Positions 12,401-27,400 of a DNA stretch of 64,000 nucleotides are shown here, in pieces; within the stretch, counting starts at the first letter, position 1; each line of letters begins with the position of its first letter. Under the pieces are notes generated by a model. It was not told the origin of the DNA, did not search any database, and worked only from the letters and a program-made list of their open reading frames with translations. This stretch comes from Malacoraja senta (taxonomy: Eukaryota): contig CM075999.1 in assembly GCA_038087875.1 (NCBI GenBank), positions 684,001 to 748,000 on the forward strand, given 5' to 3'. Both the position numbers and the translations under genes were made by a program.

Positions 12401-15400
12401 TTCCACAAATTATCACGTTGATACCAAAAGATGCAAAATTTCAATTAAATGCATATTCTGCCCTTAAGATTCCAGTATTTAAATTTACCTGAACCTAAAA
12501 TCTCCACATTTCCAGAAAGCACTGTACCATTAGAATAAGTTAACATGTAAACGCCATATATATTCCATGACAAATGCTGCTGGCATATCTTCTGTCAAAA
12601 AACGCACACGTGATGTTTCCTAATTCGTTGGTACCTTGAAAACACATGTGGCCTACATCCCAGAATAGTCAAGAACATTACCACGTTGATACAAAAAAAT
12701 CCAAAATTGTAGTTCAATGTATTTTCTCCCCGAAAGACTCCAGTCTTTAAATTTAGTTGAACCTAAAATCTCCACCTTTCCAGAAACTACTGTACCATCT
12801 ACAACTACAGAAGTAACTACAACAGCTTCAAGCACCACATCAGTACCCACATCAATGACAATAGAAACAACTACAGGCAGCACAAATGCATCTACAACAG
12901 AAGCTACCACCACCTTCACGACCACACCACTTACAACCACCGGTGAGTCCAGAATGCTCCAGTAATGCAAAATAAATTAGTTCCTTACACATGCAGTGAA
13001 TAAGAATCATTACAATAGAACAAGTTAACATGGATTGGCCATGTGTGTTCCTTGGCATATACTGTTGCATATCTTCTGTCAAAAACACCACAGATTTGTT
13101 TCCAAATTCTTTGGTCCCTTTAAAACAAATGCGGTCTACTTTCCAGAATATTTAAGAAAATTATCACGTTCATAGAAAAAAAAAGTTAAATTGTAGTTCA
13201 ATACATTTTACGCCCTCATGACTTCAGTCTTTAAGTTTACCTGAATCTAAAATCTCCACCTTTCCAGAAACCACTGTACCGTCTACAACTACAGAAGTAA
13301 CTACAACAGCTTCAAGCACCACATCAGTTCCCACATCAACGACAATAGAAACAACTACAGGCAGCACAAGTGCATCTACAACAGAAGCTACCACCACTTT
13401 CACGACCACACCACTCACAACCACCGGTGAGTCCAGAATGTTACAGTAATGCAAAATAAATTTGTTCCTAACACATGCAGTGAATAAGAATCATTACAAT
13501 AGGAAAAGTTAACATGGATTGGCCATGTGTGTTCCATGGCATATACTGTTGCATATCTTCTGTCAAAAACAACACAGATTTTCTTTCCAAACTCTTTGGT
13601 CCATTGAAAACAACTACGGCCTACTGCCCAGAATATTCAAGATAATTATCACGTTGATACAAAAAAAAGCAAAATTGTAGTTCAATACATTTTCTGCCCT
13701 AATGACTTCAGTCTTTAAATTCACCTGAATCTAAAATCTCCACCTTTCCAGAAACCACTGTACCATCTACAACTACAGAAGTAACTACAACAGCTTCAAG
13801 CACCACATTAGTTCCCACATCAACGACAATAGAAACAACTACAGGCAGCACAAGTGCATCTACAACAGAAGCTACCACCACTTTCACGACCACACCACCT
13901 ACAACCACCGGTGAGTCCAGAATGCTCCGGTAATGCAAAATAAATTAGTTCCTTACACATGCAGTGAGTAAGAATCATTTCAATAGAACAACTTAACATG
14001 GATTGGCCATGTGTTCCATGGCATATACTGTTGGCATACCTTCTATCAAAAACACCACAGATAATATTTCCAAATTCTTTTGTCTCTTGAAAACATATGC
14101 GGCCAACTATCCAGTACATTCCACAAATTATCACGTTGATACAAAAAGATCCAAAATGACAATTCAATGCATTTTCTGCCCTTAAGATTCCAGTATTTAA
14201 ATTTACCTGAGCCTAAAATCTCCACATTTCCAGAAACCACTGTACCATTAGAATAAGTTAACATGTAAACGCCATATATATTCCATGACAAATGCTGCTG
14301 GCATATCTTCTGTCAAAAAACGCACACGTGATGTTTCCTAATTCATTGGTACCTTGAAAACACATGCGGCCTACTTCCCAGAATAGTCAAGAACATTATC
14401 ACGTTGATACAAAAAAATCCAAAATTGTAGTTCAATGTATTTTCTCCCCGAAAGACTCCAGTCTTTAAATTTAGTTGAACCTAAAATCTCCACCTTTCCA
14501 GAAACTACTGTACCATCTACAACTACAGAAGTAACTACAACAGCTTCAAGCACCACATTAGTTCCCACATCAACGACAATAGAAACAACTACAGGCAGCA
14601 CAAGTGCATCTACAACAGAAGCTACCACCACTTTCACAACCACACCACTTACAACCACTGGTGAGTCCAGAATGTTACAGTAATGCAAAATAAATTTGTT
14701 CCTTACACATGCAGTGAATAAGAATCGTTACAATAGGAAAAGTTAACATGGATTGGCCATGTGTGTTCCATGGCATATACTGTTGCATATCTTCTGTCAA
14801 AAACACCACAGATTTTCTTTCCAAACACTTTGGTCCATTGAAAACAACTACGGCCTACTGCCCAGAATATTCAAGATAATTATCACGTTGATACAAAAAA
14901 AAGCAAAATTGTAGTTCAATACATTTTCTGCCCTAATGACTTCAGTCTTTAAATTTACCTGAATCAAAAATCTCCACCTTTCCAGAAACCACTGTACCAT
15001 CTACAACTACAGAAGTAACTACAACAGCTTCAAGCACCACATTAGTTCCCACATCAACGACAATAGAAACAACTACAGGCAGCACAAGTGCATCTACAAC
15101 AGAAGCTACCACCACTTTCACGACCACACCACCTACAACCACCGGTGAGTCCAGAATGCTCCGGTAATGCAAAATAAATTAGTTCCTTGCACATGCAGTG
15201 AATAAGAATCATTACAATAGAACAAGTTAACATGGATTGGCCATGTGTTCCATGGCATATCTTCTATCACAAACACCACAGATGATGTTTCCAAATTATT
15301 TTGTCCCTTGAAAACATATGCGGCCAACTATCCAGTACATTCCACAAATTATCACGTTGATACAAAAAGATCCAAAATGACAATTCAATGCATTTTCTGC

Positions 15401-18400
15401 CCTTAAGATTCCAGTATTTGAATTTACCTGAACCTAAAATCTCCACATTTCCAGAAACCACTGTACCATTAGAATAAGTTAACACGTAATCGCCATATAT
15501 ATTCCATGACAAATGCTGCTGGCATATCTTCTGTCAAAAACAGCACACGTGATGTTTCCAAATTCTTTGGTCCCTTGAAAACACATGCAGCCTACTTCCC
15601 AGAATAGTCAAGAACATTCTCACGTTGATACAAAAAACTCCAAAATTGTAGTTCAATGTATTTTCTCCCCGAAAGACTCCAGTCTTTAAATATAGTTGAA
15701 CCTAAAATCTCCACCTTTCCAGAAACCACTGTACCATCTACAACTACAGAAGTAACTACAACAGCTTCAAGCACCACATTAGTTCCCACATCAACGACAA
15801 TAGAAACAACTACAGGCAGCACAAGTGCATCTACAACAGAAGCTACCACCACCTTCACGACCACACCACCTACAACCACCGGTGAGTCCAGAATGCTACA
15901 GTAATGCAAGATAAATGTGTTCATTACACATGCAGTGAATAAGAATCATTACAATAGAACAAGTTAACATGGATTGGCCATGTGTGTTCCATGGCATATA
16001 CTGTTGCATATCTTCTGTCTAAAACACCACAGATTTTGTTTCCAAATTCTTTAGTCCCTCGAAAACAAATGCGGTCTACTTTCCAGAATATTTTAGAAAA
16101 TTATCACGTTGATACAAAAAAAAAGTTAAATTGTAGTTCAATACATTTTACGCCCTCATGACTTCAGTCTTTAAGTTTACATATATCAAAAATCTCCACC
16201 TTTCCAGAAACTACTGTACCATCTACAACTACAGAAGTAACTACAACAGCTTCAAGCACCACATTAGTTCCCACATCAACGACAATAGAAACAACTACAG
16301 GCAGCACAAGTGCATCTACAACAGAAGCTACCACCAATTTCACAACCACACCACTTACAACCACCGGTGAGTCCAGTATGCTCCAGTAATGCAAAATAAA
16401 TTAGTTCCTTACAAATGCAGTGGATAAGAATCATTACAATAGAACAAGTTAACATGGATTGGCCATGTGTGTTCCATGGCACATACTGTTGCATAACTTC
16501 TGTCAAAAACACCACAGATTGTCTTTCCAAACTCTTTGGTCCATTGAAAACAAATACGGCCTAAAGCCCAGAATATTCAAGATAATTATCACGTTGATAC
16601 AAAAAAAAGCAAAATTGTAGTTCAATACATTTTCTGCCCTAATGACTTCAGTCTTTAAATTTTCCTGAATCAAAAATCTCCACCTTTCCAGAAACCACTG
16701 TACCATCTACAACTTCAGAAGTAACTACAACAGCTTCAAGCACCACATTAGTTCCCACATCAACGACAATAGAAACAACTACAGGCAGCACAAGTGCATC
16801 TACAACAGAAGCTACCACCACCTTCACGACCACACCACCTACAACCACCGGTGAGTCCAGAATGCTCCAGTAATGCAAAATAAATTAGTTCCTTACACAT
16901 GCAGTGAATAAGAATCATTACAATAGAACAATGAACATGGATTGGCCATATGTGTTCCATGGCATATAATGTTGGCATATCTTCTGTCAAAAACACCACG
17001 GATTTTGTTTCCAAATTCTTTGGTCTCGTGAAAACAAATGCGGTCTACTTTCCAGAATCTTTAAGAAAATTATCACGTTGATACAAAAAAAAAGTAAAAT
17101 TGTAGTTCAATACTTTTCAATACATGACTTCAATACATGACTTCAGTCTTTAAATTTAACGGAATCAAAAATCTCCACCTTTCCAGAAACCACTGTACCA
17201 TCTACAACTACAGACGTAACTACAACAGCTTCAAGCACCACATTAGTTCCCACATCAACGACAATAGAAACAACTACAGGCAGCACAAGTGCATCTACAA
17301 CAGAAGCTACCACCACGTTCATTACCACACCACTTACAACCACCGGTGAGTCCAGAATGCTACAGTAATGCAAAATAAATTTGTTCCTTACACATCCAGT
17401 GAATAAGAATCATTACAATAGAACAAGTTAACATGGATTGGCCATGTGTTCCATGGCATATACTGTTGGCATATCTTCTATCAAAAACACCACAGATGAT
17501 GTTCCCAAATTATTTTGTCTCTTGAAAACATATGCGGCCAACTATCCAGAACATTCCACAAATTATCACGTTGGTACAAAAAGATCCAAAATGACAATTC
17601 AATGCATTTTCTGCCCTTAAGATTCCAGTATTTAAATTTACCTGAACCTAAAATCTCCACATTTCCAGAAACCACTGTACCATTAGAATAAGTTAACATG
17701 TAATCGCCATATATATTCCATGACAAATGCTGCTGGCATATCTTCTGTCAAAAAACGCACACGTAATGTTTCCAAATTCTTCGGTCCCTTGAAAACACAT
17801 GCGGCCTACTTCCCAGAATAGTCAAGAACATTATCACGTTGATACAAAAAAATCCAAAATTGTAGTTCAATGGATTTTCTCCCCGAAAGACTTTAACTAT
17901 AGTTGAACCTAAAATCTCCACCTTTCCAGAAACCACTGTACCATCTACAACTACAGAAGTAACTACAACAGCTTCAAGCACCACATTAGCTCCCACATCA
18001 ACGACAATAGAAACAACTACAGGCAGCACAAGTGCATCTACAACAGAAGTTACCACCACCTTCACGACCACACCACTTACAACCACCGGTGAGTCCAGAA
18101 TGCTACAGTAATGCAAGATAAATTTGTTCCTTACACATGCAGTGAATAAGAATCATTACAATAGAACAAGTTAACATGGATTGGCCATGTGTGTTCCATG
18201 GCATATACTGTTGCATATCTTCAGTCAAAAACACCCCAGATTTGTTTCGAAATTCTTCTGTCCCTTGAAAACAAATGCGGCCTTCTGTCCAGAATATGCA
18301 AGACAATTATCATGTTGACACAAAAAAAAACAAAATAGTTGTTCAATACATTTTCTGCCCTAATCACTTCAGTCTTTAAATTTACCTGAATCAAAAATCT

Positions 18401-21400
18401 CCACCTTTCCAGAAACCACTGTACCATCTACAACTACAGAAGCAACTAGAACAGCTTCAAGCACCACCTTAGTTCCCACATCAACGACAATAGAAACAAC
18501 TACAGGCAGCACAAGTGCATCTACAACAGAAGCTACCACCACCTTCACGACCACACCACCTACAACCACCGGTGAGTCCAGAATGCTCCAGTAATGCAAA
18601 ATAAATTAGTTCCTTACACATGCAGTGAATAAGAATCATTACAATAGAACAAGTTAACATGGATTGGCCATGTGTGTTCCATGGCATATACTGTTGCATA
18701 TCTTCTGTCAAAAACACCACAGATTTGTTTCCAAATTCTTTGGTCCCTTTAAAACAAATCCGGTCAACTTTCCAGAATATTTAAGAAAATTATCACGTTG
18801 ATACAAAAAAAAAGTTAAATTGTAGTTCAATACATTTTTCGCCCTCATGACCAGTCTTTAAGATTACCTATATCAAAAATCTCCACCTTTCCAGAAACCA
18901 CTGTACCATCTGCAACTACAGAAGTAACTACAACAGCTTCAAGCACCACATTAGTTCCCACATCAACGACAATAGAAACAACTACAGGCAGCACAAGTGC
19001 ATCTACAACAGAAGCTACCACCACTTTCACGACCACACCACTTACAACCACCGGTGAGTCCAGAATGCTCCAGTAATGCAAAATAAATTAGTTCCTTACA
19101 AATGCAGTGGATAAGAATCATTACAATAGAACAAGTTAACATGGATTGGCCATGTGTGTTCCATGGCATATACTGTTGCATAACTTCTGTCAAAAACACC
19201 ACAGATTGTCTTTCCAAACTCTTTGGTCCATTGAAAACAAATACGTCCTAAAGCCCAGAATATTCAAGATAATTATCACGTTGATACAAAAAAAAGCAAA
19301 ATTGTAGTTCAATACATTTTCTGCCCTAATGACTTCAGTCTTTAAATTTTCCTGAATCAAAAATCTCCACCTTTCCAGAAACCACTGTACCATCTACAAG
19401 TACAGAAGTAACTACAACAGCTTCAAGCACCACATTAGTTCCCACATCAACGACAATAGAAACAACTACAGGCAGCACAAGTGCATCTACAACAGAAGCT
19501 ACCACCACGTTCATTACCACACCACTTACAACCACCGGTGAGTCCAGAATGCTACAGTAATGCAAAATAAATTTGTTCCTTACACATCCAGTGAATAAGA
19601 ATCATTACAATAGAACAAGTTAACATGGATTGGCCATGTGTTCCATGGCTTATACTGTTGGCATATCTTCTATCAAAAACACCACAGATGATGTTTCCAA
19701 ATTATTTTGTCTCTTGAAAACATATGCGGCCAACTATCCAGACCATTCCACAAATTATCACGTTGATACAAAAAGATCCAAAATGACAATTCAATGCATT
19801 TTCTGCCCTTAAGATTCCAGTATTTAAATTTACCTGAACCTAAAATCTCCACATTTCCAGAAACCACTGTACCATTAGAATAAGTTAACATGTAATCGCC
19901 ATATATATTCCATGACAAATGCTGCTGGCATATCTTCTGTCAAAAACAGCACACGTGATGTTTCCAAATTCTTTGGTCCCTTAAAAACACATGCGGCCTA
20001 CTTCCCAGAATAGTCAAGAACATTATCACATTGATACAAAAAAATCCAAAATTGTAGTTCAATGTATTTTCTCCCCGAAAGACTCCAGTCTTTAAATATA
20101 GTTGAACCTAAAATCTCCACCTTTCCAGAAACCACTGTAGCATCTACAACTACAGAAGTAACTACAACAGCTTCAAGCACCACATTAGTTCCCACATCAA
20201 CGACAATAGAAACAACTACAGGCAGCACAAGTGCATCTACAACAGAAGCTACCACCACCTTCACGACCACACCACTTACAACCACCGGTGAGTCCAGAAT
20301 GCTACAGTAATGCAAGATAAATTTGTTCCTTACACATGCAGTGAGTAAGAATCATTCCAATAGAACAAGTTAACATGGATTGGCCATGTGTGTTCCATGG
20401 CATATACTGTTGCATATCTTATGTCAAAAACACCACAGATTTTGTTTCCAAATTCTTTGGTCCCTCGAAAACAAATGCGGTCTACTTTCCAGAATATTTA
20501 AGAAAATTACCACGTTGATACAAAAAAAAAGTTAAATTGTAGTTCAATACATTTTACGCCCTCATGAGTTCAGTCTTTAAATTTACCTGAGTCAAAAATC
20601 TCCACCTTTCCAGAAACCACTGTACCATCTACAACTACAGAAGTAACTACAACAGCTTCAAGCACCACATTAGTTCCCACATCAACGACAATAGAAACAA
20701 CTACAGGCAGCACAAGTGCATCTACAACAGAAGCTACCACCACGTTCATTTCCACACCACTTTCAACCACCGGTGAGTCCAGAATGCTAAAGTAATGCAA
20801 AATAAATGTGTTCCTTACACATCCAGTGAATAAGAATCATTACAATGGAACAAGTTAACATGGATTGGCCATGTGTTCCATGGCATATACTGTTGGCATA
20901 TCTTCTATCAAAAACACCACAGATGATGTTTCCATATTATTTTGTCTCTTGAAAACATATGCGGCCAACTATCCAGTACATTCCACAAACTATCACGTTG
21001 ATACAAAAAGATCCAAAATGACAATTCAATGCATTTTCTGCCCTTAAGATTCCAGTATTTAAATTTACCTGAACCTAAAATTTCCACATTTCCAGAAACC
21101 ACTGTACCATTAGAATAAGTTAACATGTAATCGCCATATATATTCCATGACAAATGCTGCTGGCATATCTTCTGTCAAAAACCGCACACGTGATGTTTCC
21201 AAATTCTTTGGTCCCTTGAAAACACATGCGGCCTACTTCCCAGAATAGTCAAGAACATTATCTCGTTGATACAAAAAAAATCCAAAATTGTAGTTCAATG
21301 TATTTTCTCCCCGAAAGACTCCAGTCTTTAAATTTAGTTGAACCTAAAATCTCCATCTTTCCAGAAACCACTGTACCATCTACAACTACAGAATTAACTA

Positions 21401-24400
21401 CAACAGCTTCAAGCACCACATTAGTTCCCACATCAACGACAATAGAAACAACTACAGGCAGCACAAGTGCATCTACAACAGAAGCTACCACCACTTTCAC
21501 GACCACGCCACTTACAACCACCGGTGAGTCCAGAATGCTCCAGTAATGCAAAATAAATTAGTTCCTTACAAATGCAGTGGAAAGAATCATTACAATAGAA
21601 CAAGTTAACATGGATTGGCCATGTGTGTTCCATGGCATATACTGTTGCATACCTTCTGTCAAAAACACCACAGATTGTCTTTCCAAACTCTTTGGTCCAT
21701 TGAAAACAAATACGGCCTAAAGCCCAGAATATTCAAGATAATTATCACGTTGATACAAAAAAAAGCAAAATTGTAGTTCAATACATTTTCTGCCCTAATG
21801 ACTTCAGTCTTTAAATTTTCCTGAATCAAAAATCTCCACCTTTCCAGAAACCACTGTACCATCTACAAGTACAGAAGTAACTACAACAGCTTCAAGCACC
21901 ACATTAGTTCCCACATCAACGACAATAGAAACAACTACAGGCAGCACAAGTGCATCTACAACAGAAGCTACCACCACGTTCATTACCACACCACTTACAA
22001 CCACCGGTGAGTCCAGAATGCTACAGTAATGCAAAATAAATTTGTTCCTTACACATCCAGTGAATAAGAATCATTACAACAGAACGAGTTAACATGGATT
22101 GGCCATGTGTTCCATGGCATATACCGTTGGCATATCTTCTATCAAAAACACCACAGATGATGTTTCCAAATTATTTTGTCTCTTGAAAACATGTGCGGCC
22201 AACTATCCAGACCATTCGACAAATTATCACGTTGATACAAAAAGATCCAAAATGACAATTCAATGCATTTTCTGCCCTTAAGATTCCAGTATTTAAATTT
22301 ACCTGGGCCTAAAATCTCCACATTTCCAGAAACCACTGTACCATTAGAATAAGTTAACATGTAATCGCCATATATATTCCATGACAAGTGCTGCTGGCAT
22401 ATCTTCTGTCAAAAACCGCACACGTGATGTTTCCAAATTCTTTGGTCCCTTAAAAACACATGCGGCCTACTTCCCAGAATAGTCAAGAACATTATCACGT
22501 TGATACAAAAAAATCCAAAATTGTAGTTCAATGTATTTTCTCCCCGAAAGACTCCAGTCTTTAAATATAGTTGAACCTAAAATCTCCACCTTTCCAGAAA
22601 CCACTGTACCATCTACAACTACAGAAGTAACTACAACAGCTTCAAGCACCACATTAGTTCCCACAGCTACGACAATAGAAACAACTACAGGCAGCACAAG
22701 TGCATCTACAACAGAAGCTACCACCACCTTCACGACCACACCACTTACAACCACTGGTGAGTCCAGAATGCTACAGTAATGCAAGATAAATTTGTTCCTT
22801 ACACATGCAGTGAATAAGAATCATTACAATAGAACAAGTTAACATGGATTGGCCATGTGTGTTCCGTGGCATATACTGTTGCATATCTTCTGTCAAAAAC
22901 ACCACAGATTTTGTTTCCAAATTCTTTGGTCCTCTGAAAAGAAATGCGGTCTACTTTCCAGAATATTTAAGAAAATTATCACGTTGATACAAAAAAAAAG
23001 TTAAATTGTAGTTCAATACATTTTACGCCCTCATGACTTCAGTCTTTAAATTTACCTGAATCAAAAATCTCCACCTTTCCAGAAACCACTGTACCATCTA
23101 CAACTACAGAAGTAACTACAACAGCTTCAAGCACCACATTAGTTCCCACATCAACGACAATAGAAACAACTACAGGCAGCACAAGTGCATCTTCAACAGA
23201 AGCTACCACCACCTTCATGACCACACCACTTACAACCACTGGTGAGTCCGGTGTGCAAGAGTAATGCAAAATAAATATGTTCCTGACACATGCAGTGAAT
23301 AAGAATCATTACAATAGAACAAGTTAACATGGATTGGCCATGTGTGTTCCATGGCATATACTGTTGCATAATTTCTGTCAAAAACACCACAGATTTTCTT
23401 TCCAAACTCTTTGGTCCATTGAAAACAAATACGGCCTACTGCCCAGAATATTCAAGATAATTATCACGTTGATACAAAAAAAAGCAAAATTGTAGTTCAA
23501 TACATTTTCTGCCCTAATGACTTCAGTCTTTAAATTTAACTGAATCAAAAATCTCCTCCTTTCCAGAAACCACTGTACCATCTACAACTACAGAAGTAAC
23601 TACAACAGCTTCAAGCACCTCATTAGTTCCCACATCAACGACAATAGGAACAACTACAGGCAGCACAAGTATATCTACAACAGAAGCTACCACCACGTTC
23701 ATTACCACACCACTTACAACCACCGGTGAGTCCAGAATGCTACAGTAATGCAAAATAAATTTGTTCCTTACACATCCAGTGAATAAGAATCATAACAATA
23801 GAACAAGTTAACATGGATTGGCCATGTGTTCCATGGCATATACTGTTGGCATATCTTCTATCAAAAACACCACAGATGATGTTTCCAAATTATTTTGTCT
23901 CTTGAAAACATATGCGGCCAACTATCCAGTACATTCCACAAATTATCACGTTGATACAAAAAGATCCAAAATGACAATTCAATGCATTTTCTGCCCTAAA
24001 GATTCAAGTATTTAAATTTACCTGAACCTAAAATTTCCACATTTCCATAAACCACTGTAACATTAGAATAAGTTAACATGTAATCGCCATATATATTCCA
24101 TGACAAATGCTGCTGGCATATCTTCTGTCAAAAACCGCACACGTGATGTTTCCAAATTCTTTGGTCCCTTGAAAACACATGCGGCCTACTTCCCAGAATA
24201 GTCAAGAACATTATCACGTTGATACAAAAAAATCCAAAATTGTAGTTCAATGTATATTCTCCCCGAAAGACTCCAGTCTTTAAATTTAGTTGAACCTAAA
24301 ATCTCCACCTTTCCAGAAACCACTGTACCATCTACAACTACAGAAGAAACTACAACAGCTTCAAGCACCACATTAGTTCCCACATCAAAGACAATAGAAA

Positions 24401-27400
24401 CAACTACAGGCAGCACAAGTGCATCTACAACAGAAGCTACCACCACCTTCACGACCACACCACTTACAACCACCGGTGAGTCCAGAATGCTACAGTAATG
24501 CAAGATAAAAAAAAGTTAAATTGTAGTTCAATACATTTTACGCCCTCATGACTTCAGTCTTTAAATTTACCTGAATCAAAAATCTCCACCTTTCCAGAAA
24601 CCACTGTACCATCTACAAGTACAAAAGTAACTACAACAGCTTCAAGAACCACATTAGTTCCCACATCAACGACAATAGAAACAACTACAGGCAGCACAAG
24701 TGCATCTACAACAGAAGCTACCACCACGTTCATTACCACACCACTTACAACCACCGGTGAGTCGAGAATGCTACAGTAATGCAAAAATAAATTTGTTCCT
24801 TACACATCCAGTGAATAAGAATCATTACAATAGAACAAGTTAACATGGATTGGCCATGTGTTCCATGGCATATACTGTTGGCATATCTTCTATCGAAAAC
24901 ACCACAGATGATGTTTCCAAATTATTTTGTCTCTTGAAAACATATGCTGTCAACTATCCAGTACATTCCACAAATTATCACGTTGATACAAAAAGATACA
25001 AAATGACAAATCAATGCATTTTCTGCCCTTAAGATTCCAGTATTTAAATTTACCTGAACCTAAAATCTCCACATTTCCAGAAACCACTGTACCATCAGAA
25101 TAAGTTAACATGTAATCGCCATATATATTCCATGACAAATGCTGCTGGCATATCTTCTGTCAAAAACCGCACACGTAATGTTTCCAAATTCTTTGGTCCC
25201 TTGAAAACACATGCGGCCTACTTCCCAGAATAGTCAAGAACATTATCACGTTGATACAAAAAAATCCAAAATTGTAGTTCAATGTATTTTCTCCCCGAAA
25301 GACTCCAGTCTTTAACTATAGTTGAACCTAAAATCTCCACCTTTCCAGAAACCACTGTACCATCTACAACTACAGAAGAAACTACAACAGCTTCAAGCAC
25401 CACATTAGTTCCCACATCAACGACAATAGAAACAACTACAGGCAGCACAAGTGCATCTCCAACAGAAGTTACCACCACCTTCACAACCACACCACTTACA
25501 ACCATCGGTGAGTCCAGAATGCTACAGTAATGCAAGATAAATTTGTTCCTTACACATGCAGTGAATAAGAATCATTACAATAGAACAAGTTAACATGGAT
25601 TGGCCATGTGTGTTCCATGGCATATACTGTTGCATATCTTCTGTCAAAAACACCACAGATTTGTTTCCAAATTCTTTGGTCCCTTTAAATCAAATGCGGT
25701 CTACTTTCCAGAATATTTAAGAAAATTATCACGTTGATACAAAAAAGAAGTTAAATTTTAGTTCAATACATTTTACGCCCTCATGACCAGTCTTTAAGTT
25801 TACCTATATCAAAAATCTCCACCTTTCCAGAAACCACTGTCCCATCTACAACTACAGAAGTAACTACAACAGCTTCAAGCACCACATTAGTTCCCACATC
25901 AACGACAATAGAAACAACTACAGGCGGCACAAGTGCATCTACAACAGAAGCTACCACCACCTTCACGACCACACCACCTACAACCACCGGTGAGTCCAGA
26001 ATGCTCCAGTAATGCAAAATAAATTAGTTCCTTACACATGCAGTGAATAAGAATCATTACAATAGAACAAGTTAACATGGATTGGCCATGTGTGTTCCAT
26101 GGCATATACTGTTGCATATCTTCTGTCAAAAACACCACAGATTTGTTTCCAAATTCTTTGGTCCCTTTAAAACAAATGCGGTCTACTTTCCAGAATATTT
26201 AAGAAAATTATCACGTTGATACAAAAAAAAAGTTAAATTTTAGTTCAATACATTTTACGCCCTCATGACCAGTCTTTAAGTTTACCTATATCAAAAATCT
26301 CCACCTTTCCAGAAACCACTGTCCCATCTACAACTACAGAAGTAACTACAACAGCTTCAAGCACCACATTAGTTCCCACATCAACGACAATAGAAACAAC
26401 TACAGGCAGCACAAGTGCATCTACAACAGAAGCTACCACCACCTTCACGACCACACCACTTACAACCACCGGTGAGTCCAGAATGCTACAGTAATGCAAG
26501 ATAAATTTGTTCCTTAGACATGCAGTGAATAAGAATCATTACAATAGAACAAGTTAACATGGATTGGCCATGTGTGTTCCATGGCATATACTGTTGCATA
26601 TCTTCTGTCAAAAACACCACAGATTTGTTTCCAAATTCTTTGGTCCCTTTAAAACAAATGCGGTCTACTTTCCAGAATATTTAAGAAAATTATGACGTTG
26701 ATACAAAAAAAAGCAAAATTGTAGTTCAATACATTTTCTGCCCTAATGACTTCAGTCTTTAAATTTTCCTGAATCAAAAATCTCCACCTTTCCAGAAACC
26801 ACTGTACCATCTACAAGTACAGAAGTAACTACAACAGCTTCAAGCACCACATTAGTTCCCACATCAACGACAATAGAAACAACTACAGGCAGCACAAGTG
26901 CATCTACAACAGAAGCTACCACCACGTTCATTACCACACCACTTACAACCACCGGTGAGTCCAGAATGCTACAGTAATGCAAAATAAATATGTTCCTTAC
27001 ACATCCAGTGAATAAGAATCATTACAATAGAACAAGTTAACATGAATTGGCCATGTGTTCCATGGCATATTCTGTTGGCATATCTTCTATCAAAAACACC
27101 ACAGATGATGTTTCCAAATTATTTTGTCTCTTGAAAACATATGCGGCCAACTATCCAGACCATTCCACAAATTATCACGTTGATACAAAAAGATCCAAAA
27201 TGACAATTCAATGCATTTTCTGCCCTTAAGATTCCAGTATTTAAATTTACCTGAACCTAAAATCTCCACATTTCCAGAAACCACTGTACCGTTAGAATAA
27301 GTTAACATGTAATCGCTATATATATTCCATGACAAATGCTGCTGGCATATCTTCTGTCAAAAACCGCACACGTGATGTTTCCAAATTCTTTGGTCCCTTA

